From Gammaproteobacteria bacterium (GTDB lineage Bacteria; Pseudomonadota; Gammaproteobacteria; Eutrophobiales; Eutrophobiaceae), in contig CBDEUK010000002.1 in NCBI GenBank assembly GCA_965243205.1, positions 160,001 through 224,000 on the forward strand: DNA of 64,000 bases, in the 5' to 3' direction. The notes below the pieces were generated by a model. That model had not been told where the DNA came from. It saw only the letters and a list, made by a program, of their open reading frames with translations, and searched no databases. This document shows, piece by piece, positions 10,329 through 20,394 of the stretch; the first letter of the stretch is position 1; each line of letters starts with the position of its first letter. The position numbers and the translations under genes were made by a program.

Positions 10329-11067
10329 GCCCTTTAAAATTGGGGTTATTTCGGTTTTTCCAGAAATGTTTTCGGCGATGACGGTTTTTGGAGTTTCAAG
10401 TCGAGCGCTGGAACAGAATATATATTCAATGGATTATTGGAATCCGCGTGATTTTACCGAAGATGTCCATAGAACCATTGATGATAGGCCTTATGGTGGT
10501 GGCCCAGGTATGGTGATGATGGCTGAGCCATTATTTCAATCGCTTAATGTAGCTAAGCAATCAATGCCAGAAGCTAAAGTGGTTGCGATGAGTCCTCAAG
10601 GCTTGCGATTGGATCAGGCTTTGACAACAGAGTTAGTCCAACAAACGGAATTGATTATTTTATGTGGTCGTTATGAAGGAATAGATGAGCGGTTGATGGA
10701 TTCTGTTGTCGATTATGAAGTTTCGATTGGGGATTATGTCCTAAGTGGCGGTGAGCTAGCAGCAATGGTATTGATCGATACTATGGTTAGAACATTACCA
10801 GGAGCGTTAGGTAATGATGATTCTGCGAATGAAGATTCATTTCAGGCAGGTTTATTAGACTACCCGCATTATACAAGGCCTGAAAGTTGGCAGAACGAAT
10901 CAGTACCTGAAGTTTTATTAAGCGGTAACCATGAAAAAATAAAACGTTGGCGATTAAAACAAGCTTTAGGTAGAACCTGGTTAAGACGACCTGATTTGCT
11001 TGAAGGACGTGAGCTAAGCTCAGAAGAGCAAGTTTTATTAGACGAATTTAAACAAGAAATTAAATAA
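10321..11067 (+). CDS. trmD: tRNA (guanine-N1)-methyltransferase TrmD
   Basis: [34 protein letters not shown]. Confidence 0.98.
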   Translation: MSKPFKIGVISVFPEMFSAMTVFGVSSRALEQNIYSMDYWNPRDFTEDVHRTIDDRPYGGGPGMVMMAEPLFQSLNVAKQSMPEAKVVAMSPQGLRLDQALTTELVQQTELIILCGRYEGIDERLMDSVVDYEVSIGDYVLSGGELAAMVLIDTMVRTLPGALGNDDSANEDSFQAGLLDYPHYTRPESWQNESVPEVLLSGNHEKIKRWRLKQALGRTWLRRPDLLEGRELSSEEQVLLDEFKQEIK

Positions 11068-11112
11068 GATTAATTAGAGATATAAACAGCGTAGTGATAC
11101 GGAGTAAAGACA

Positions 11113-11469
11113 ATGACTAATATCATTCAAGAATTAGAAGCGGAACAAGCAAGCCAGAAACAAATTCCTGAGTTTGGTCCTGGGGATACGGTTGTCGTTC
11201 AAGTTAAAGTAAAAGAGGGTAACCGTGAGCGATTACAGGCCTATGAAGGTGTTGTCATTGCAAAGAAAAATCGCGGTCTTAATTCTTCGTTTACTGTTCG
11301 TAAAATTTCCTATGGCGAAGGCGTAGAACGTGTGTTCCAAACGTATAGCCCATTGGTTGCTGAAATTGAAGTGAAACGTCGTGGTGATGTTCGTCGAGCT
11401 AAACTCTATTATATGCGTGGGCGTCAAGGTAAGGCTGCTCGTATTAAAGAGAAAATTAAAACCAGCTAA
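11113..11469 (+). CDS. rplS: 50S ribosomal protein L19
   Basis: [35 protein letters not shown]. Confidence 0.98.
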   Translation: MTNIIQELEAEQASQKQIPEFGPGDTVVVQVKVKEGNRERLQAYEGVVIAKKNRGLNSSFTVRKISYGEGVERVFQTYSPLVAEIEVKRRGDVRRAKLYYMRGRQGKAARIKEKIKTS

Positions 11470-11477
11470 AATTTATT

Positions 11478-11512
11478 TGAGACTGCAACGAGTTTCGTTG
11501 TAGTCTCAGTTT
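11478..11512 (+). terminator. Stem-loop after rplS, probable terminator
   Basis: TGAGACTGCAACGA-GTT-TCGTTGTAGTCTCA with short T run. Confidence 0.6.
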
Positions 11513-11983
11513 ATGACTTCTAATCCGTTTGCCTACTCAGCGATTTATTCTTCGCCCCTCGGCGAGTTAGGTATACAGTATCAAGACCAATTTCTTTCAC
11601 ATATCGACTGGCTCAAACCTGAGCAATCATATTTTAATTCAGATGATCCAATTGCTGATGATACCTTAAGATATCTTGAGCAATATTTTTTGAAATCTGA
11701 ATGGAAAAAAACAAAATCACTCAATTTAAGTGGAACAGAATTTCAAAATAAAGTTTGGAATGCATTGATAAATATCCCTTTTGGCACAACGAAAACGTAT
11801 GGTGAATTAGCTAAAGAATTAAATACCAGTAGTCGAGCAGTTGGTCAGGCATGTAAACGTAATCGTATACCTATCATTATTCCTTGTCATCGAGTGGTTG
11901 CAAAGGATCATATAGGAGGTTTTTTTGGAAAAGCAGAACCTTCCCATATTAAACAATGGTTAATTCAACATGAAACTTTATAG
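11513..11983 (+). CDS. ogt: Methylated-DNA--protein-cysteine methyltransferase
   Basis: GTEFQ..VW..L..IPFG, RAVG, IPCHRVV active site. Confidence 0.93.
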   Translation: MTSNPFAYSAIYSSPLGELGIQYQDQFLSHIDWLKPEQSYFNSDDPIADDTLRYLEQYFLKSEWKKTKSLNLSGTEFQNKVWNALINIPFGTTKTYGELAKELNTSSRAVGQACKRNRIPIIIPCHRVVAKDHIGGFFGKAEPSHIKQWLIQHETL

Positions 11984-11997
11984 CTGTCATAATATCC

Positions 11998-12894
11998 ATG
12001 TTCGAGCAAGATACCAAACTTGTTGAACGTTTTTTAGATGCTCTTTGGATGGAGCGAGGCGTTAGTGATAATACGTTATCGGCTTATCGAAATGATCTTG
12101 TTCAATTTATAAAGTTTATAAATATTAAAGATATAAATCTTATTTTAGTTAGTAGAGAACATATTCAAACATATTTATCAGAACTCACGAAAAATAAATC
12201 TTCGAATAAAACATCAAGTCGTCGTTTATCCTCACTACGAGGATTTTATCAATATTGTTTGCGTGAAGGTTTGATTGAATCTGATCCTACTGCTTTAATT
12301 GAATCTCCAAAAATAGGACGTTCTTTACCAAAATCGTTAACTGAATCAGAAGTAGAAGATTTGATCAACGCACCCGATCTCTCAACCCCAATTGGCTTAA
12401 GGGATAAGGCGATGTTAGAAATACTTTATGCTTGTGGTCTACGAGTATCTGAATTAGTGGGATTAACATTAACTCAACTCAATCTTCGACAAGGAGTTGT
12501 CAGAATTCTTGGTAAAGGTAATAAAGAGCGTTTAGTTCCCTTAGGTGAAGAAGCTTTAGAATATATAGAAATGTTTCTTCAAACTGGTCGGGATGTGTTA
12601 TTAAAAGGTAAATCAAGCGATATTATCTTTCCGAGTAGTCGTGGACAACAAATGACTCGCCAAACATTTTGGCATGCTATTAAACGCCATGCTATTAATG
12701 CTGGTATTTCTAAAACGATTTCTCCTCATGTATTACGCCATGCTTTCGCGACTCATTTATTAAATCATGGAGCTGACTTACGTGTGGTACAAATGTTATT
12801 AGGCCATACAGATATATCAACAACACAGATTTATACGCATATTGCGAAAGAACGTCTAAAAGAAATGCATGCTAAACATCATCCAAGAGGTTAA
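11998..12894 (+). CDS. xerD: Tyrosine recombinase XerD
   Basis: LWMERGVSDNTLSAYR, LYACGLRVSEL, HVLRHAFATHLLNHGADLRVVQMLLGH, HHPRG end. Confidence 0.96.
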   Translation: MFEQDTKLVERFLDALWMERGVSDNTLSAYRNDLVQFIKFINIKDINLILVSREHIQTYLSELTKNKSSNKTSSRRLSSLRGFYQYCLREGLIESDPTALIESPKIGRSLPKSLTESEVEDLINAPDLSTPIGLRDKAMLEILYACGLRVSELVGLTLTQLNLRQGVVRILGKGNKERLVPLGEEALEYIEMFLQTGRDVLLKGKSSDIIFPSSRGQQMTRQTFWHAIKRHAINAGISKTISPHVLRHAFATHLLNHGADLRVVQMLLGHTDISTTQIYTHIAKERLKEMHAKHHPRG

Positions 12895-12994
12895 ATATAT
12901 AACCCATATGGGTAATGTTTATTATGTATTGCTTTTGATAATCTCCTAAATTTATAGAATAAATTAGCTAATTAGATTTTAAACAGGAGGTTTT

Positions 12995-13696
12995 ATGATA
13001 AGGAGATGTCGTCGTTTTATGCCACATATCCCTGTTCACATTGTATTGTATGGATTCCATAGAAGAGCTTGTTTTTTTACTGAAGATGATTATCAGTTAT
13101 ATATCTATCAATTAGCAAGTGTACTAAATAAAAATAACATATCGATGCATGCTTATGTATTGATGCCAAATCATATACATCTATTATTAACACAACATGA
13201 TGAAAGTAGTATTGATAATGTCATGCGTACTCAAGCTAGACAATATCAAACTTGTATTCAAAGACGTTATAAAATAACCAATCCTATTTGGCAAAAAAAC
13301 TATAAAGCTTGTCATATAAATGCTAAAGAATATTTAATAAAAGTTTGTCAGTATATCGATTTAAATCCTGTGAGATCTGGCTTGGTAGATTTAGCGCAAG
13401 AATATGTTTGGAGTAGTTTTTCATTTAATGCAATGAATGAAAAAAATATTTTATTAAAAGAACATAATGTTTTTTTATCTATTAATAAGAATAAAACTGA
13501 TAGAAATAAATATTATTTAAATCTCTGTGAACAAAGTTTATCTGAAAATGATTTGATAGATATTAGATCTAGTATTCAAAATGAAGTTGCTATGGGTAAT
13601 AAGTTATTTAATGATCGGGTTCAGACTTATTTATTAGGGAAAAAATCGAATGATATAGAAGATGAAAAAGTTATTTATCATACAAGTAGGAATTAA
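12995..13696 (+). mobile_element. HUH Y1 transposase (RAYT/IS200-like), solitary
   Basis: AYVLMPNHIHLL (HUH), YIDLNPVRSGLV (Tyr), Y.WSS; very AT-rich; no IS ends recognised. Confidence 0.8.
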
Positions 13697-15078
13697 TAAT
13701 TATAGGTTAGAAATAATTTGAAATGGTCATCACGTGTTACAAAAAAAGCTGGGTCAGTTCTGTCTTGATCAATAAAGAACCGACTTTGTAATTCTAGGAA
13801 AAAATTATTTGTTAAACGTCGGTTAGCTTCTATATTAAAAAATTTTCCACCCGTATTTCTATCCCAAACAAGACCCGCAAGTAACTCAGATGATTGCGCA
13901 TCATTAAATGCGACACGTGTTCCTACCGCTATATCGTCCTCAAAAATATTTAAATTATTTTCTCCACGACTATCATAGTAATACTCTGCTAGAACACCGA
14001 CATCTATACTGCTTTCAAACGCGCCAACAAATGTGTATTCAAAACCTCCGCCTAATGTTGTAAAAGGCGAACCTTGTCCCCTGCGATATAAGGCTTCTAA
14101 CTTCCATAACCAACTGCCTTTGGTGGCTTGGAGATCCAACGAGGTTTGATTAATAATCTCATACAAAGGCCGAAAAACTGGGTTTCCTGATGAATCAGTC
14201 GAAGGGATAAAGCGTGGTTCACGGCTAGTTCCATAAAAATGTGAAATACCAATATCCCAATCGCCAAAATAGTGTGAGTAACGTACCGCAGCATCAATAT
14301 GTTTTTCTTTACGGCTGGATTCATATATTGGGTTATCAGTATCGACTCTGGGTTGAGTTCTTAGACGACCTTCAATACCAGGAAATGTTCTTTCGCGAAA
14401 ATAGGGCAATATAAAAAAATCCATTGTGCCCCAGTCTTGGATCCATGCGACATTAAGCATGGGTTGGCCTAGCTTATCTTCAGTATCGATATTTTCAACG
14501 AGATCCGTTTGATTGATGATGTCTACTAGATGTTGAAACTCAGTAACACCCCAAAAAACTTTTCCTGCACCAACACGTAATTCCCAGTCTCTGCTGGCTC
14601 TTTCATAAATCAATTCTCTGACATCAAAATGACTTCGTTGGTTATCGTGTTGGTCAAGGCGCAAAAACGGTTTAAAGGCGATGAGTTGATTTCCATTATC
14701 CCATTCGTAGAGAAATTCAGGTTCTGCTACAAACGATATATTATTCGTATAATCTTGTTGCGGTGCGGCAGCTGATTGAGTGAATACGATATTTTCAATT
14801 CCCAACATTCCGGAATATTCGATTTGAGAACGTTGAGTTTTTGCTTCGCTGTGAGAACGCATTTCATCAGAAATATCGAAATCAACCTGTTCTCTTTCAC
14901 GTATTTTTTCAGCACGAGCAACTAACACTTCGGCAGGAAGTCCCTCTAACCCGAGTAATTTAGCCGGATTATTCAGGCTTTCAATACCTAGCAATCCCGC
15001 GATTTTGGGGCTAGCTAGGCTTACGCTTGAGCAGATGATGCCAAGTATAAAATATGGGTATATGCCGAGGTTTTTCAC
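13693..15078 (-). CDS. Putative outer-membrane beta-barrel protein of the MMPL/LolA-like cluster
   Basis: Signal peptide; G.GKVFWGVTE..HLVDIINQTD, EDKLGQPM; C-terminal aromatic YNY. Confidence 0.75.
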   Translation of the reverse strand: MKNLGIYPYFILGIICSSVSLASPKIAGLLGIESLNNPAKLLGLEGLPAEVLVARAEKIREREQVDFDISDEMRSHSEAKTQRSQIEYSGMLGIENIVFTQSAAAPQQDYTNNISFVAEPEFLYEWDNGNQLIAFKPFLRLDQHDNQRSHFDVRELIYERASRDWELRVGAGKVFWGVTEFQHLVDIINQTDLVENIDTEDKLGQPMLNVAWIQDWGTMDFFILPYFRERTFPGIEGRLRTQPRVDTDNPIYESSRKEKHIDAAVRYSHYFGDWDIGISHFYGTSREPRFIPSTDSSGNPVFRPLYEIINQTSLDLQATKGSWLWKLEALYRRGQGSPFTTLGGGFEYTFVGAFESSIDVGVLAEYYYDSRGENNLNIFEDDIAVGTRVAFNDAQSSELLAGLVWDRNTGGKFFNIEANRRLTNNFFLELQSRFFIDQDRTDPAFFVTRDDHFKLFLTYNY

Positions 15079-15170
15079 GGCAATAAAGTTAAACCTTTAC
15101 TTTAACTATTTCAATAAAAAACTATTAATTCAATAAGTTTTAGAGGTTTTTTAAAGAAAAAATCAAGATT

Positions 15171-15956
15171 TTATCTGGATCGTTTTAGGCTGTTTCGATC
15201 AAAATCACGATCTGTGAAATCATTATTGAAACGATAGCTGAGCCATAATAAGTCAGTTTCTTTACCGGTTTGATGATTTATCATATGCATTTTTGCGGGA
15301 CGCCAATATTTATCAAGATATTGTTTATATCCGCTGGTAGTGAGGGTTTTCAATAGAGCGTTTTTTCGGTCGTAATATTCAATTTTTAGAGGGTGGTATA
15401 TGGTTTTATCTAACCAGACAATTTGCCTTTGGTAGCCGGAATTTTCGTATTGAGGAAAGCGTTCGATGACAAAGCAGTCCTTTCCATCAATGACTTCATC
15501 TTTTAACCATTTATATTTATATTTTTCTACCTCTTGAGAAGCGATATCTTCATAGGCGAATTCACTACCAACAAAAGGGCCAGATTTATTGGCCGAAGCA
15601 ATACGCTTCACGCGTTTGAGTGCGGGGAGATATAACCATTGCTCATCTGGTTTCAGAGCATGAGAGTAGCTTAAAAATGCTGTACCACTGACGTCCTTAG
15701 GAGTATGAAATAAACTTAAGCTCTTATCGCCATCATCCAAAACTTCAAGAGTTTTAATATCAAGGTCACGAGTGCTTTCCTGTCCACCTTTATTTCGTAA
15801 GATCATTTTTAATTCAGAAAATTGGTCACTCCAACCTGTGTCTCGTTTATCCGATTCGATTGTAATTGCGAGTCCTTTTTCTTCAGGTGTTTCAGCTTGG
15901 GCAATAAAGCTAATTGGGTTGAGTAATAGTAGAAGTGGAAGCCAACTTCTTCTCAT
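15171..15956 (-). CDS. Outer membrane lipoprotein-sorting (LolA-like) periplasmic protein
   Basis: Signal peptide; DEQWLYLPALKRVKRI, KSGPFVGSEFAYED, YYDRK. Confidence 0.85.
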   Translation of the reverse strand: MRRSWLPLLLLLNPISFIAQAETPEEKGLAITIESDKRDTGWSDQFSELKMILRNKGGQESTRDLDIKTLEVLDDGDKSLSLFHTPKDVSGTAFLSYSHALKPDEQWLYLPALKRVKRIASANKSGPFVGSEFAYEDIASQEVEKYKYKWLKDEVIDGKDCFVIERFPQYENSGYQRQIVWLDKTIYHPLKIEYYDRKNALLKTLTTSGYKQYLDKYWRPAKMHMINHQTGKETDLLWLSYRFNNDFTDRDFDRNSLKRSR

Positions 15957-18246
15957 GGTATTCCTCCAATTTAATCAATAATGGTGGCAGAAAGAAGAAG
16001 TCTGCGACCAAAGCAAAAATAATTACAATACTGGTTAAGAGTCCCATTCCTGAATTTAATTCAAAACTTGAAGTCGATAGCAGAAAAAAGCCTGCAGCTA
16101 AAATGATTGATGTAATTAAAAGAGCTCTGCCGACTGTCCTAAATGCATAACGTACAGCGCCTTTGGGTGGTAAATTTTGTTCTCTTCTGGCACGTAAATA
16201 TTTACTGAGCATATGAACAGTATCATCGACCACAATACCTAATGTCATCGTAGTTACTACTGATAGGGATAAGCCGATTTCCCCGACCATCAGTCCCCAT
16301 AATCCAAAGCCCATCGCCGCAGGCACCAAGTTAGGAATTAAACTTACAAAACCAATTTTGAATGATTTTAAAGCGATAATTAAAATTAAAGAAATAAACA
16401 CTAACGCAATAGTTGAACCAAGTAGCATACTTTTAATATTTCGTTGTCCAATATTTGCAAACATTAAACTACTGCCTGTACCGCTGTAATTTTTTATATG
16501 AGTTGTATATGAAGATAACCAATTTTTAGCGCGTTTATCAAAATCGATTAGTTCTTGTGAGGATAATACTTTGGTTCTAATAACGGTCAGTAATAAAGAT
16601 TTATCAATATTAATTTGATTATTTAGATCCAATCCATAGGGCAGAGAGTTTTCATATAATAATATATATTGTGCGGCTAGTTCACGAGATGTTGGTAATT
16701 TATATTGTTCTATATCATCTCCATGAAGATTTTTATTTAACCTTTTCATAGTGTCAGTAAATGAAATAACATTGGTTACTTCAGGTTGTTGTCTAGCCCA
16801 TTGAGCAAAATTTTCAGCATCCTGTAAAAATTTTGCTGCATTAATACCGCTTTCTTCACCAGAATCTAAGGTGTATTCGATATTATAAAGACCCGTTAAA
16901 TTATTATTGATAAAATCAGTATCATTTCTGAATTGAATCGAGTTATCAAAATAATGTACAAAAATGTCATTTAGTTCATTACGAGGTATTGAACAGATTA
17001 ATATGATTATGCCGATAGCGACAGACCAAAATAACAGATTGTAATTTCGTACAACATAACGTCCGAGAGAATCCATAGACGATTTTTTGAATTTCTTTTG
17101 GGATAGTCGATGTATAGGTAATAAAGATAATAAAGCAGGTAGTAAAGTCACAGATAGTAATAGTGAAACTAAAACTCCAATTGCCACAAAATTACCAAGG
17201 TGTCTAAAAGGCGGGACATCAGAAAAATTCATCGCTAAAAAACCAATAGTTGTAGTAATAGAAGCGATGAATATAGGTTGTAGATTAATCCGTAAGCTTT
17301 CTAAAATAGCATCGATTTTTTTATGGCCAATAGCGTATTCATAATTCATATTAGATAGGATATGTACGCAATTAGCTATCGCTACAGTAAGGATAATAGT
17401 TGGAGCAGAAATTGAAGCAGGCGAGAGTGGGAAGCCAAGCATTGCACCCAACCCCATTGCTGTAATAATGGCAAATAAAATAACGACTAATGAACAGATA
17501 GTACCGATGATTCCGCCAACCATGATGGCAAGAATTAATAACATTAATGCAAAACTTAATGGGACAAGGAAGCTTATATCTTTTTTAGCTGATTCTGAAA
17601 AAGCATTATTCATCATTATCATGCCAGTTAAATAAAGCTTAACACTTGGGTGCTTTGCTTCTATTTCACTAACCATTTTTCGAACATGCTCGACTATTTC
17701 AGGTGTTTCTTTGTCTTTATCAATACCAGGTAATTGTACTGTTATATTGATACCCGCTACATGTCCTGATTTAGAGCTTAAACTATTAACAATTAATGGT
17801 TCTGTCGTTGCTACATGTCGTATCTTTTCTATGTCTTTCTCTGTTAGATTATCTGTATCAGGTACAAGGTCAGCGACAATGACATCATCTTCAACAGATT
17901 CTGTATGTTGATAATTTGTAATTGAATCGACGCGATTTGAATAAGGTATTTGCCAGGCTTTTTCTGTTATCTCTTTTAGAATGGCTAAATTTTCTTTGGT
18001 AAATATATTTTTATTATCTGGCGCAATAGCAATCAGAACATTATCTTTTTTGGAAAAGATTTTTTCCATGGTTTCAAACGCGATCAGTTCGGGATTATCT
18101 TCACTGAAAAAAATACGATAGTCGGTGGTGAAATGCAGCTGCTTAGCGCCTTGTAACCCAGCGACAACTAGACACAAACTGAGAGTGATAATTAAATATC
18201 GATAACGAATTACCCAGCCGCCAAATCGTGTTTCAAAATCTTGCAT
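15910..18246 (-). CDS. MMPL/RND superfamily transporter
   Basis: Two repeats of 1 TM + large loop + 5 TM; GIVVDDTVH, TTTIGFL; overlaps downstream gene. Confidence 0.9.
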   Translation of the reverse strand: MQDFETRFGGWVIRYRYLIITLSLCLVVAGLQGAKQLHFTTDYRIFFSEDNPELIAFETMEKIFSKKDNVLIAIAPDNKNIFTKENLAILKEITEKAWQIPYSNRVDSITNYQHTESVEDDVIVADLVPDTDNLTEKDIEKIRHVATTEPLIVNSLSSKSGHVAGINITVQLPGIDKDKETPEIVEHVRKMVSEIEAKHPSVKLYLTGMIMMNNAFSESAKKDISFLVPLSFALMLLILAIMVGGIIGTICSLVVILFAIITAMGLGAMLGFPLSPASISAPTIILTVAIANCVHILSNMNYEYAIGHKKIDAILESLRINLQPIFIASITTTIGFLAMNFSDVPPFRHLGNFVAIGVLVSLLLSVTLLPALLSLLPIHRLSQKKFKKSSMDSLGRYVVRNYNLLFWSVAIGIIILICSIPRNELNDIFVHYFDNSIQFRNDTDFINNNLTGLYNIEYTLDSGEESGINAAKFLQDAENFAQWARQQPEVTNVISFTDTMKRLNKNLHGDDIEQYKLPTSRELAAQYILLYENSLPYGLDLNNQINIDKSLLLTVIRTKVLSSQELIDFDKRAKNWLSSYTTHIKNYSGTGSSLMFANIGQRNIKSMLLGSTIALVFISLILIIALKSFKIGFVSLIPNLVPAAMGFGLWGLMVGEIGLSLSVVTTMTLGIVVDDTVHMLSKYLRARREQNLPPKGAVRYAFRTVGRALLITSIILAAGFFLLSTSSFELNSGMGLLTSIVIIFALVADFFFLPPLLIKLEEYHEKKLASTSTITQPN

Positions 18247-18278
18247 GATATTATTAAGTCCTTTTTATCGAATACGAG

Positions 18279-18893
18279 CTAGTAAGCACGTTGCTCGATT
18301 CCTTTAATAATGAGTTTAAATACTTCATTCGCAAGCACTTCGAATGTTTCGAGAGGATAAAAGCCCATGAAAACTGGAGTATCGAATAGAGCAATCGAAG
18401 TATAAATGGCTCTGCTGGTTTCATCTATGTTGTCTATCACAAATTCATCAGATTCAAGGCCTTGAAGAAGGATGCTTTTGATTTCTGATTGTATGACAGA
18501 TATTTTATTATGAATGACAGCAGGTTTTTCATCTGTTACATAAGCGATCAGCTCATAAATTTTTTCATCATTCTCAAAAATATCATGACAGAGTCTAAGG
18601 GTGGTTAAAATTAAGATTTGAAGCTTTTCGCTAGCAGAAGCTGATTCATTACTCTGGATAGTTTGTTTGATTGTCGTTAAGCGTTTTTCAATACAACCTT
18701 CAACACATGCACAGGCGATTTCTTGCTTATTTTTGAAATAGCGGTAAAGGTTAGCCGCAGACATGCCACAATCTTCGGCAATTTCTGCCATGGTGGATTT
18801 GGTATAGCCATATTGACGAAAACGATTAAATGCTGACTCGATAATCCTTTCGTGTGTGGCCTCGTTTATATTAATTATTAATGCCGATTCCAT
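18279..18893 (-). CDS. TetR/AcrR family regulator
   Basis: F...GY..STMAEIAEDCGMSAANLYRYFKNK HTH. Confidence 0.92.
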   Translation of the reverse strand: MESALIININEATHERIIESAFNRFRQYGYTKSTMAEIAEDCGMSAANLYRYFKNKQEIACACVEGCIEKRLTTIKQTIQSNESASASEKLQILILTTLRLCHDIFENDEKIYELIAYVTDEKPAVIHNKISVIQSEIKSILLQGLESDEFVIDNIDETSRAIYTSIALFDTPVFMGFYPLETFEVLANEVFKLIIKGIEQRAY

Positions 18894-18988
18894 GCCCTAA
18901 GTATGCTTTTCTTAGGGTGAATAATCAACGAAATATTCAGTGTTCAGTTTTGCGTAAAATTTGGTGGTTTCTGGTTATTTGAGAGAGA

Positions 18989-19342
18989 TTATTTTGTAAA
19001 ACACTGCATTTCGCCCAAACGACGACGTAAATAAGTAAGTTCTTGATTTACTTTAGAAGCTTCTATTTCACTTTTAAACGTCATGGCATGTGAAAAGCCC
19101 ACAAAGAAAACAGCCGGCGTGAAAACCGTACTAGTTACTGACGCAATGGTGTTATTACGGCTATTGTAGATTGGTGATTCATAATTCAGAGTGTGAATTT
19201 CTAACTCACTGACTTGATAGTACAGTTCTTCGCAGCTTTGATGGTCATAGATACTGGTATCTAATTCGGCTTTGACTGAGATTGCCCAACTGATATTGCT
19301 ATTTAATAACAGCAGGCAGAATAGTAAATTGGATCGAATCAT
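18989..19342 (-). CDS. Hypothetical exported protein
   Basis: Signal peptide, SCEEL...C Cys pair; start 19342 or 19354. Confidence 0.55.
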   Translation of the reverse strand: MIRSNLLFCLLLLNSNISWAISVKAELDTSIYDHQSCEELYYQVSELEIHTLNYESPIYNSRNNTIASVTSTVFTPAVFFVGFSHAMTFKSEIEASKVNQELTYLRRRLGEMQCFTK

Positions 19343-19376
19343 AGCTCTTCTCATTCAATAATCATAAGAAGAAATC

Positions 19377-19393
19377 AGCAAGCTCTATGCCAG
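19377..19393 (-). promoter_or_regulatory. Sigma-54 (-24/-12) promoter
   Basis: Minus strand CTGGCATAGAGCTTGCT = GG-N10-GC with TGGCA and TTGC, just upstream of the 19342 ORF. Confidence 0.65.
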
Positions 19394-19417
19394 TGATTTA
19401 ATGTAAACAGAAAATAA

Positions 19418-20377
19418 TTATTTTTCGATAAAAAACTGGCCGTAGGCGCGGGAACCCTCTCCAGTAATCAACGTATCAGTGACTTTCAGAGTATTTGTAT
19501 CAATGACCGAAACTGTGCCATCAAACCAGTTTGCGACATAAATATGTTTGCCATCAGGATGCATATTGATTCCTTCTGGCATTTCACCAACATCAATTCG
19601 TGTTATTTCTTCATAGGTTGTTCGATCAACTACGGATACATTACTGGCTCGTTTATTCGTAATAAATAACTGATTATGTATTTCATCGACTGAAACGATA
19701 TAAGGAAAAGTATCAACAGGAAATGTATGAATGACTTTCGCAGCTTCAATATCAATAACACTAACATCTTCAGACTGTACATTCACTGCATACAGACGTT
19801 GCGTATCATAATCTGCGGTGATTCCAAACGGGGCAGTGCCAACATTAATTTCTGATTGTTTCTTACCGGATTCTATATCGATAAACAACACGGCATTATC
19901 ATTTTTATTAGCAACAAATAATGTTTTGTCATCACTCGATATTGCAAGACCAGAAGGTGCATTGCCAACAGGGAATTCGTTTTCAATGTTAAGTGTTTCG
20001 GTGTTGAGCACAAACACACTGTCTTGATACCAATCGGCTATAAACAATCGTTTATCATCATTACTGATAATCATAGCCAGAGGTGCTTGGCCAATTTTAA
20101 TTGCTTTAATGACTTCTAAAGAATCAGTATCTATCACACTGATTTCTTGACTGCCTGGGTTGCTTATATAGACATATTTATTGTTATGACTTGCCACAAC
20201 TCCAGCGGGTTTAATTCCAACCTGAATGGTTTTTATGATGGAATTTTGTTCCGTATCAATAACGGAAACTGTGTTTTCGAGTTGATTGGTAATGAAGGCT
20301 AAATTTTGGGCCTTAACAAAACTTGCTAAGGCCCAAATAGATAATAATAAAATGATTTGAATGAATCTAAATTTCAC
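19418..20377 (-). CDS. YVTN beta-propeller repeat protein (MxaE-like)
   Basis: Signal peptide; ~7 repeats of V.N..S..VSVID/VG..P.G; directly downstream of mxaD-like gene. Confidence 0.82.
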   Translation of the reverse strand: MKFRFIQIILLLSIWALASFVKAQNLAFITNQLENTVSVIDTEQNSIIKTIQVGIKPAGVVASHNNKYVYISNPGSQEISVIDTDSLEVIKAIKIGQAPLAMIISNDDKRLFIADWYQDSVFVLNTETLNIENEFPVGNAPSGLAISSDDKTLFVANKNDNAVLFIDIESGKKQSEINVGTAPFGITADYDTQRLYAVNVQSEDVSVIDIEAAKVIHTFPVDTFPYIVSVDEIHNQLFITNKRASNVSVVDRTTYEEITRIDVGEMPEGINMHPDGKHIYVANWFDGTVSVIDTNTLKVTDTLITGEGSRAYGQFFIEK

Positions 20378-20394
20378 TATTTTAGAAAATTAGA

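Noticed and set aside
11998-12894. Phage or integron integrase
   Set aside because: Sequence and rplS-linked context are those of housekeeping XerD; no attC arrays or phage genes seen
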